Positions 56,962 through 64,000 of a DNA stretch of 64,000 bases are shown piece after piece. This DNA is from Salinispira sp. (GTDB lineage: Bacteria > Spirochaetota > Spirochaetia > DSM-27196 > Salinispiraceae), in assembly GCA_965602015.1 (NCBI GenBank), contig OZ271918.1, forward strand, positions 2,048,001 through 2,112,000. Reading direction: 5' to 3'. Both the position numbers and the translations under genes were made by a program. How positions within the stretch are numbered: position 1 is the stretch's first letter; each line of letters opens with the position of its first letter. Under the pieces are notes generated by a model, which was given only the letters and a program-made list of their open reading frames with translations, did no database searches and was not told the origin of the DNA.

Positions 56962-59061
56962 CTAGTTTTCCTGTATAGATATTGCGCCGAGACTCTCGAT
57001 ATTTACCTCGGGTATTATTTCCGGAACCGACAGCACCACCAAATCCGGTATGTCCCGCCGGGTACCGGCCTTCACAAGGGGCCTGGTCACTTCCTGGGTC
57101 AGCATGACCGCAAGGTACCCCATTTCCTGTACCCGTTTTACGGTGTTCACCGTTGCGTTTATCCAGCGCCGATGGGTCTCCGGTTGCAGCGCCGGAACAA
57201 CTCCCGCCGCGGTCTGTTGACGGCTCTCTATGATCATCTGCTCCAGGGACGGCTCGAGAGTGATGACGTGGATTACCCGCTCGTCGTCGGCGTACTGCAG
57301 ACAGATTTGCCGCCCCAGTCCCTGTCGCACTTTCTCAATGAGGTATGGAATATCGTCCTTGGTAATTTTGGCGTAGTCAGCCAGGGTTTCGAGGATGGTT
57401 ACCATATTGCGAATGGACACCTGTTCTGACAGAAGGCCCTGAAGGACCTTCTGTATTTCACCGATGCCGAGAATGTTCTGAACCTCTTCCACAACCGCCG
57501 AGTAATCTTCCCTGAGCCCGTCAAGGAGGCTTTTGACTTCCTGACGCCCCAGGATGCTTGCAGCGCTCTTTTTTATCAGTTCCGTCAGATGGGTGGCGAT
57601 AATCGAAGGCGGATCCACCACGGTGTACCCTGCGCGCTCCGCCCGGTCGCGGTCAGCCTCGCCGACCCACAGCGCGGGAAGGCCAAATGCCGGATCGGTA
57701 GTCTTCTCTCCGGGAATCTCTTCGCTCACCGATCCGGGATTGATGCACATGTAACTGCCCATGCGCAGCTGTCCGCGGCCCACCTCGACTCCGCGTATTT
57801 TCAGGCAGTACTCGCTGGGCTCCAGGCGCATATTATCGATGATCCGTATCCGGGGAACAATCAGCCCCAAATCCAGCGCGGTTTCCCGGCGGATCTTGGT
57901 GATCCGCTCGAGGAGCTCGGCCCCCTGTTCCTTATCTACCAAAGGGACCAGTCCGTAGCCCAATTCCAGGGAAATGGGATCCAGAGGAGCGACCTTGGGA
58001 AATTCCGCGGGCTGGTCGGCCGGGGCGCTGCGCTTCTGCTGCGCGGCCTGGTCAGCCGCCTGTTCCCGCTCACTTCTTTTCCGTCCGAGCCGGTAGGCCA
58101 TAACGGCCGAAAGGGCGGCCATCGGGAGGAGCACATACCAGGGGAATCCGGGCAGGAATGAAAGAACCACGAGGAACATTGCGGCAATCCAGTAGACCCG
58201 GTCCTGACGGCCGAACTGCTGGGTAAGATCCCGGCCGAAGCTTCCGTCGCTCACAGCCCGGGTAACAATAAGACCGGTGGCAGTGGAGACCAGGAGACTG
58301 GGGAACTGACTCACCAGGCCGTCTCCGATGGTGAGGCTGACATAGGTGCTGACCGCCACGTCCAGCGGCTCTCCATGAATGGTGAGTCCGACAATCAAGC
58401 CGCCGACGATGTTCACCACGGTAATAAGGATGCCGACGGTTACGTTGCCTTGAATGAACTTACTGGCACCGTCCATGGCGCCGTAAAAATCAACTTCTTT
58501 TTGAAGATCCTGTTTGCGCCTTTGGGCCTCATCTTCGGTAATCGAACCGTTGCTGTATTCAGCGTCGATGGCCATCTGCTTGCCTGGAAGGGCGTCGAGG
58601 GTAAATCGTGCGGCGACCTCTGCGACCCGCGTAGCGCCTTTGGTAATAACCAGGAACTGGACCGCGATGATTATGATGTAGATAATCGCACCGATTACCA
58701 GACCCTCGGTGCCCGACGCACCGGTAACAAAGCTGCCGAAGGCCCTGACGATGCGCCCGCCGAACTCCGAACCCCGGCTGAGGATCAGCCGGGTTGAGCT
58801 GATGTTTAACGCCAGGGAAAATACCGTGCTGACCAGGAGAATCGTCGGAAAAATCGAAAAGTCCAGCGCCCGGACGGTGTACAGGACTATCAGAAGAATC
58901 AGAAGAGACAGGACCAGGTTGGATGCCTGAAACGTGTCCAGAATGACCGAAGGCAGCGGGATGATAAGCATCATCACCACAACAATTACTCCCACAGCCA
59001 CCAATGCGTCGCTGCGTTCTTTGAGAAAGGCTGTAGACAATTGGCTTTGGATATCGGCCAT
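56962..59061 (-). CDS. flhA: Flagellar export protein FlhA
   Basis: RVAEVAARFTLDALPGKQMAIDA, FYGAMDGASKF. Confidence 0.98.
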   Translation of the reverse strand: MADIQSQLSTAFLKERSDALVAVGVIVVVMMLIIPLPSVILDTFQASNLVLSLLILLIVLYTVRALDFSIFPTILLVSTVFSLALNISSTRLILSRGSEFGGRIVRAFGSFVTGASGTEGLVIGAIIYIIIIAVQFLVITKGATRVAEVAARFTLDALPGKQMAIDAEYSNGSITEDEAQRRKQDLQKEVDFYGAMDGASKFIQGNVTVGILITVVNIVGGLIVGLTIHGEPLDVAVSTYVSLTIGDGLVSQFPSLLVSTATGLIVTRAVSDGSFGRDLTQQFGRQDRVYWIAAMFLVVLSFLPGFPWYVLLPMAALSAVMAYRLGRKRSEREQAADQAAQQKRSAPADQPAEFPKVAPLDPISLELGYGLVPLVDKEQGAELLERITKIRRETALDLGLIVPRIRIIDNMRLEPSEYCLKIRGVEVGRGQLRMGSYMCINPGSVSEEIPGEKTTDPAFGLPALWVGEADRDRAERAGYTVVDPPSIIATHLTELIKKSAASILGRQEVKSLLDGLREDYSAVVEEVQNILGIGEIQKVLQGLLSEQVSIRNMVTILETLADYAKITKDDIPYLIEKVRQGLGRQICLQYADDERVIHVITLEPSLEQMIIESRQQTAAGVVPALQPETHRRWINATVNTVKRVQEMGYLAVMLTQEVTRPLVKAGTRRDIPDLVVLSVPEIIPEVNIESLGAISIQEN

Positions 59062-60209
59062 TAGCCGGCCTCCTTCTGATTATTCATTCGGTACACAAGT
59101 TTGAGCAATTCGGCGACGGCCTGGTAATGTTCAACGGGAATCTGATCGCCGATTTCGCAGTCGGCGTAGAGGGCGCGGGCCAGGGGCTTGTTCTCCATAA
59201 CCGGAACCTCGTGCTCCGCCGCGATGGCCTTTATCCTCTGAGCCACATGGTCCTGACCCTTGGCGGTAACCGTGGGCGCGTCCATGCTTGAGCGCCGATA
59301 CTCCAGGGCGACGGCGAAGTGGGTCGGGTTGGTGACCACCACGTCAGCCTCGGGCACCTTGCGCATCATATTCGCCTGGAGGATTTCCCTCATTCTCTGC
59401 CGCAATCGCGCCTTTATTTGAGGATCACCCTCGTAGTTCTTTCGCTCTTCCTTAACTTCCTGTTTTGTCATTTTCAGACTGTCCCGATGCTGGCGTCGCT
59501 GAAACCAGTAATCGAGAAGGGAAAAAATCAGCATAACAATGGAAGCCTGTACGATAATCGCGAATGCCAGGTCTGAAATCAGAAAAAATCCCTCCATAAA
59601 GGGACGGCGCACCAGGGCGAGGATTTCCTGAATTCTGGCCTGCACATTGAGAAAGGATATACCGACGACGATTACGACCTTTACGATGCTTTTCCCGAGG
59701 TTAAACAGGGCTTCGCTGGAAAAAAGGCTTCGCTTGAAGTACTTGGCAAAATTAGGGGCGATTCTCTTGAAGTCCGGCTTCAGGGGTTTTGTGGTGAATA
59801 GAAAGCCGACCTGCACCACATTGCCCACAAATGCCGCGACGAATACCACCGCCGCTATGGGGAGCATGATCCGGGTGAAATACTCGAAAAAAGCCCTGGC
59901 GAGGATGCCGCTGCCCTGAACCGGGGCCTCTGATACAAGGGAAAGATAAAACTTCATCATATCCTGAAGGGTTGTAAATATGCTCCTGCCCATCAGGGCC
60001 AGCACCGCAATGCCGCCGAGCAGAACGATGGTTGAGCTGACATCCTGGCTTTTGGCGACCTTTCCCTCTTCCCGGGCCTTGCGGATTTTTTGCTCGGTGG
60101 GATCCTCGGTTCGCCCCTCATCCTCGGCGGCAAACCACTGAAGGGTCATACTGGAGAACAGCAGGTCCTCCCCGAAATCCCGGGCTACCTCGCGCTTTGC
60201 GGAAATCAT
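59061..60209 (-). CDS. flhB: Flagellar export switch protein FlhB
   Basis: LQWFAAEDEGRTE, EGDPQIK, NPTH autocleavage motif. Confidence 0.97.
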   Translation of the reverse strand: MISAKREVARDFGEDLLFSSMTLQWFAAEDEGRTEDPTEQKIRKAREEGKVAKSQDVSSTIVLLGGIAVLALMGRSIFTTLQDMMKFYLSLVSEAPVQGSGILARAFFEYFTRIMLPIAAVVFVAAFVGNVVQVGFLFTTKPLKPDFKRIAPNFAKYFKRSLFSSEALFNLGKSIVKVVIVVGISFLNVQARIQEILALVRRPFMEGFFLISDLAFAIIVQASIVMLIFSLLDYWFQRRQHRDSLKMTKQEVKEERKNYEGDPQIKARLRQRMREILQANMMRKVPEADVVVTNPTHFAVALEYRRSSMDAPTVTAKGQDHVAQRIKAIAAEHEVPVMENKPLARALYADCEIGDQIPVEHYQAVAELLKLVYRMNNQKEAG

Positions 60210-61060
60210 ATCTGGCCTCCCCGCATCTGCTTCAGGAGGTCTTCGAGTATGACGAATGAATTCTCCAAAATTGCGCCGAAGGTATTCATCAGAAGGGGAA
60301 CCACCAGTACGAGGATAAAAAACGCCACCAGGATCGCCATGGGAAAGCCGAGCATCAGCAGATTCATTTGGGGAGCCGCCTTTGCCAGCAAGCCGGTGGT
60401 AATGGAGACGATGAACAGCGTGCCAAAAATCGGGAAGGCCATGGAAAGAGCCTGCTGAAACAGCACCCCGAGACCCGAAGCGAACACATCCATAAAAACT
60501 CCCCGGGCCCGCACCAAGTCGGCGGCCCGGACAGCCTGGAAGCTGACCAGAATGCCGGTAAAAAACAGCTTCTGAAAACCGTCAATCAGGAGAAACACCA
60601 ACATGGCGACCAGGCTGAAAAACTGTCCCATAAGGGGCACTTCTTCCTGAGCCATGGGATCGTACACCGACATGGCGCCGAAACCCATCTGGGTGGAGAA
60701 AAACTGGCCGGCGGTCTGAAATGCCGCATTTATCATCTGCAGAAAAAACCCCTGGATTATTCCGATAAACGCCTCGCCCACCAGGAGGAACACATAGGTC
60801 AGACCGAACTCCCCAAGGGCCGCGTTGGCAGCCGGAAGCCCCAACGCGGTCAAATTAAGCGTTTGAACTTCGAGACTGGTTATTTCCGCCGGGTTTATCC
60901 AGGGCAGAATGAGGATTGAACTGAGAAAGGCCAGGGCAGTCCTGGCGAGCCGGGGAAGACTGGAGGAGGAAAGCAGGGGCGCCACCGACAGCATGGCGAA
61001 TACCCGGGCAAAAATGAGGAAAAATACTGCTGCCTGTGCGCTTAACTCAGTCCAGAACAC
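60206..61060 (-). CDS. fliR: Flagellar export protein FliR
   Basis: AGQFFSTQMGFG, KAAPQMNL...GFP. Confidence 0.94.
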   Translation of the reverse strand: MFWTELSAQAAVFFLIFARVFAMLSVAPLLSSSSLPRLARTALAFLSSILILPWINPAEITSLEVQTLNLTALGLPAANAALGEFGLTYVFLLVGEAFIGIIQGFFLQMINAAFQTAGQFFSTQMGFGAMSVYDPMAQEEVPLMGQFFSLVAMLVFLLIDGFQKLFFTGILVSFQAVRAADLVRARGVFMDVFASGLGVLFQQALSMAFPIFGTLFIVSITTGLLAKAAPQMNLLMLGFPMAILVAFFILVLVVPLLMNTFGAILENSFVILEDLLKQMRGGQI

Positions 61061-61066
61061 CAGCTC

Positions 61067-61336
61067 TTACCCTCCCATGGTAGATATCTGTGAAAACAGA
61101 CTGGCGGTAAAATTAACCAGGCTGGCCAGCATCCAGGGACCGAGAAACATCAGGGTAATCAGTATCGCCGCGATTTTTGGAACGAAGGTGAGAGTCTGTT
61201 CCTGTATAGAGGTGGTTGCCTGAAAAATGGAAACTATCAGACCGACCACCAAGCCCACCAGGAGCAGCGGGGCGGATAAAACCAGTATCTGAAATACGCT
61301 GGATCTGATGAGATTCACTGCGGTACCTAAATCCAT
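61067..61336 (-). CDS. fliQ: Flagellar export protein FliQ
   Basis: IFQATTSIQEQTLTFVPKI. Confidence 0.96.
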   Translation of the reverse strand: MDLGTAVNLIRSSVFQILVLSAPLLLVGLVVGLIVSIFQATTSIQEQTLTFVPKIAAILITLMFLGPWMLASLVNFTASLFSQISTMGG

Positions 61337-61346
61337 CTACACCCTC

Positions 61347-62180
61347 CTAGGCGAAGCTCGCAACCAACTGCTGGGTCAACAAGCCCCAACCGTCGACAAG
61401 CACGAACAATATCAATTTAAACGGCAGGGAAATCATGACAGGGGGCAGCATTATCATACCCATAGACATCAAGGTGGAGGCTACAACCATGTCGATGATA
61501 ATAAACGGCACGAACAGCAGGATTCCGATCTGAAAGGCCACGGTAAGTTCACTGAGAATAAATGCGGGTATGAGCACATAGGTCGGTACATCAGCGAGGG
61601 TCTCGGGCCTGGCAAGGTTACTCATGCGCATAAAGAGCCGGATATTGTCCGGATTCCCCTGCATCTGGCGGTACATAAAAAAACGCATATTGTTCTCAAA
61701 GGACACAAATGCCTCTTCCACTGTCGCCTCGCCCTCGGCCAGGGGCACGAAGGCCTCGTCATACACCGCCTGAAAGGTGGGCCACATAATAAACAGGGTC
61801 AGGAACAGGGCGATCCCCATCATTACCTGGGTCGGCGGCACCTGCTGCAGGCTCAACGCCCGTTTGACGAAGTCCATAACGATGGCGATTCGCAGAAAAC
61901 TGGTCATCATGATAAAAATCGACGGCGCGAGGGAGAGGACAGTGAGAAGCAGCAGGAGCTGGAGACTTAGCGCCACTTCCTGCCCGGACTGGGGCTGTCG
62001 CACCGAAAGATCGACAAAGGGAATCTGTATCTCCTGCCCTCCCTGGGCGTCGTCGATGAGGCTGTTGGAAATCGCCGGCGGCTGGGCGCTGGGCAGATTG
62101 CCTTCCTGTGCCCACAGGCTGCTTGCGAGAACCATCAGAATGATCGGCAAAAGCACCGGTTTTAGTCGGAATCTCTTCAT
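61347..62180 (-). CDS. fliP: Flagellar export protein FliP
   Basis: MMTSFLRI, LMSMGMIMLPP, PFKLILFVLVDGW. Confidence 0.97.
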   Translation of the reverse strand: MKRFRLKPVLLPIILMVLASSLWAQEGNLPSAQPPAISNSLIDDAQGGQEIQIPFVDLSVRQPQSGQEVALSLQLLLLLTVLSLAPSIFIMMTSFLRIAIVMDFVKRALSLQQVPPTQVMMGIALFLTLFIMWPTFQAVYDEAFVPLAEGEATVEEAFVSFENNMRFFMYRQMQGNPDNIRLFMRMSNLARPETLADVPTYVLIPAFILSELTVAFQIGILLFVPFIIIDMVVASTLMSMGMIMLPPVMISLPFKLILFVLVDGWGLLTQQLVASFA

Positions 62181-62211
62181 GACTGCCTCCGGACGGTCGA
62201 AATCGTCGGTC

Positions 62212-62928
62212 TCATAGCTTTTTCAACCGTTCGCGCTGCCGGTGGACAAAGTCAAAGCCCACCTCAGCCGGTTCATTTTCCGTTCCACCGCTGTCGGAGT
62301 TGCGGGAGAAGAATCCGCTGATCATTTGAGAAAAATTTCCGCCCTGGAGCTGCTGCCGGGATGCCTGGAGGCGCAGTTCATCGATGGTCGGCTTGTCGCT
62401 GATTTCGGTGATCAGATTAATGCCCCCGTCGGCAGCGCCGAGAAGGTATACCTGACCGGCTACATCGATGATGTGAAGCTGCTTCCCCCCCGGAAGCGTT
62501 TGGCTGGTAAGCACGGATATAAAGCTGCTGTGATCATCCTGGGCCTTTTTACCCCGCTTGAGAAGGAAAAAGAGCCCGTAGATCATCCCCACGACTATCG
62601 CCAGGACAAGGACCATGCGCAGGAGCTCCCATATGCCAAAAACAGTGGTGGTTTCGCCGGGAACCGCGACGGCTTCGTCGTCGTCCTGGAAATCAAGGGT
62701 CAAAAGAGATTCGTCAATACGGTTTAGCTGACTTGATTGGTCGCCCGCCGGAGAACCGGGGGCCGGTTGGTTTGCTGCCTGCTCCTGCGAAACGGCATCG
62801 TTAGATGCGGATTCACCGGTACCTCCCTGAGACTGTACGCCTGAATTCCCGGCGGCTGTGCCGCCGGACTGGGCGAACAACAGGGTTGAGACCGTGAGCA
62901 GCAGCGCAATAATTATCGCGCGTTTCAG
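62212..62928 (-). CDS. fliO: Flagellar biosynthesis protein FliO (spirochete FliZ), CTG start
   Basis: TM helix followed by LHIIDVAGQVYLLG; located between fliY and fliP; CTG at 62928 restores a signal peptide. Confidence 0.85.
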   Translation of the reverse strand: MKRAIIIALLLTVSTLLFAQSGGTAAGNSGVQSQGGTGESASNDAVSQEQAANQPAPGSPAGDQSSQLNRIDESLLTLDFQDDDEAVAVPGETTTVFGIWELLRMVLVLAIVVGMIYGLFFLLKRGKKAQDDHSSFISVLTSQTLPGGKQLHIIDVAGQVYLLGAADGGINLITEISDKPTIDELRLQASRQQLQGGNFSQMISGFFSRNSDSGGTENEPAEVGFDFVHRQRERLKKL

Positions 62929-63014
62929 TTTTCCCCTCCCAAAGAAACCGAACTATGCCGGAATGCCCCGAAAAAAGCGGCGAAACCGGCACACTGCCAA
63001 TTCTTAAATCTATT

Positions 63015-64000
63015 CTACTGTATAGTGTTCATTCTTTCCATAGGTGAAACGATTTCTGTGACACGAACACCGAAGTTTTCGTCAATAACTACAACCTCGC
63101 CCTTTGCGATAAGCTTGTGGTTAACCAAAATGTCCACAGGCTCGCCCGCGAGCTTGTCGAGTTCGATAATTGTGCCCTCTCCCATGCCCAGGATATCCTT
63201 GATGAGCTTTTTAGTGCGGCCAAGCTCAACAGTCATTTCCATGTAGACATCCATCAGCAGGCCGATGTTACCCTGCTCTGCCTGGCCGGAACCCGCTCCG
63301 CCGAAGGCGGGAAACTGGACGCCCTGAACCGAGGGCCCGGGACCCATGTTCATTCCTCCCATGTTCATTCCGCCCATATTCATGCCGCCCATATTCATTC
63401 CGCCGCCGTTCTGTCCGCCGGCGCTCATGCCGCCCATGTTGCCCATGCCGGCCATTGCGCCCATATCCATGCCGCCGCCCGCCATGGCAGCCATATCCAT
63501 GCCGCCGCCTGAGCTTGCGGCTGCGCCGGAAGCAGGAACCATTGCGGCAACCGCGGTCGCGGAGAAAAACTGGACCATGGTGCCGACGGCCTGGCCCTCT
63601 ATTGTCAGGGGGTATGTGAGGCGGACGAATTTCCCGGAAAGGGGAAGTTCGGATTTCGCACCGCTTCCGCCCACCGGAGGATCGGTCATGACGCTTTTGC
63701 CGCTTTTATCAGAAAGGGCGGTGAGCAGGGGGCCCGACACGTTTTGAAATGCTTCCTGAAGTGCGTTAATAGAGGCGTCGTCGAGTTCAACCCCTTCCAT
63801 GCCCTGCATCGGTCCGGCGATCTGCAATGCGGTGTCCACATTGAGAATAAAACCGTGGTCGCCTTCTACCCCGTCGGTGAGGTTCATGGTGACGGTCACT
63901 ACTTCGTCAGACAGGCTGGCGGCGACCATTTCACCGTTTACCTGATCCGCTTGAGGCGATCCAACGCTAACCGATTTGCTCAGGAGCATGGCGAGATTGG
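63015..64000 (-). CDS. fliY: Flagellar switch protein FliY/FliN (5' end outside window)
   Basis: CheC-like middle domain plus FliN domain (VELGRT, IIELDKLAGEPVDILVN, GEVVVIDENFGVR). Confidence 0.9.
   Translation of the reverse strand, partial: NLAMLLSKSVSVGSPQADQVNGEMVAASLSDEVVTVTMNLTDGVEGDHGFILNVDTALQIAGPMQGMEGVELDDASINALQEAFQNVSGPLLTALSDKSGKSVMTDPPVGGSGAKSELPLSGKFVRLTYPLTIEGQAVGTMVQFFSATAVAAMVPASGAAASSGGGMDMAAMAGGGMDMGAMAGMGNMGGMSAGGQNGGGMNMGGMNMGGMNMGGMNMGPGPSVQGVQFPAFGGAGSGQAEQGNIGLLMDVYMEMTVELGRTKKLIKDILGMGEGTIIELDKLAGEPVDILVNHKLIAKGEVVVIDENFGVRVTEIVSPMERMNTIQ
63343..63402 (-). repeat. 4 x 15-bp tandem repeat encoding (GMNMG)4 in the FliY linker
   Basis: CCCATRTTCATKCCK repeated four times. 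Confidence 0.85.

Noticed and set aside
1..64000. rRNA, tRNA, IS elements, prophage and defence islands
   Set aside because: None recognised; coding density is high and nearly all space is explained by core or motility genes

Overview
Core-chromosome window from a moderately GC-rich spirochete. The taxonomy is inferred from two flaA sheath genes, two flaB core flagellins, a PlzA-type PilZ protein and spirochete-style FlhB/FlhA N-termini. It holds a large motility region: flaA x2, flaB x2-flaG-fliD, flgN-flgK-flgL-fliW-csrA, and fliY-fliO-fliPQR-flhBAFG-fliA-fapA. Housekeeping genes are interleaved (metXW, infC-rpmI-rplT, zapB/zapA, tsaEB, nagZ, glgA/glgC, an mrfA/mrfB-like repair pair, nnr, secA, an M23 peptidase, ftsI, and a Maf flagellin glycosyltransferase). 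I saw no rRNA, tRNA, CRISPR array or mobile element. The most interesting signals are: (i) an intact five-domain CheA-like protein with degenerate ATP-binding boxes at the end of the flagellar operon; (ii) face-to-face sigma70/sigma28 promoter motifs between the two flagellins, plus CsrA-type GGA hairpins on flaB1, flaB2 and flaG, suggesting a flagellin-switching circuit; (iii) a 218-nt structured spacer between rpmI and rplT; (iv) repeated leaderless-type promoter geometry; and (v) an unannotated 41-aa exported peptide and a CTG start codon. All calls come from manual motif reading; no database search or folding program was run.
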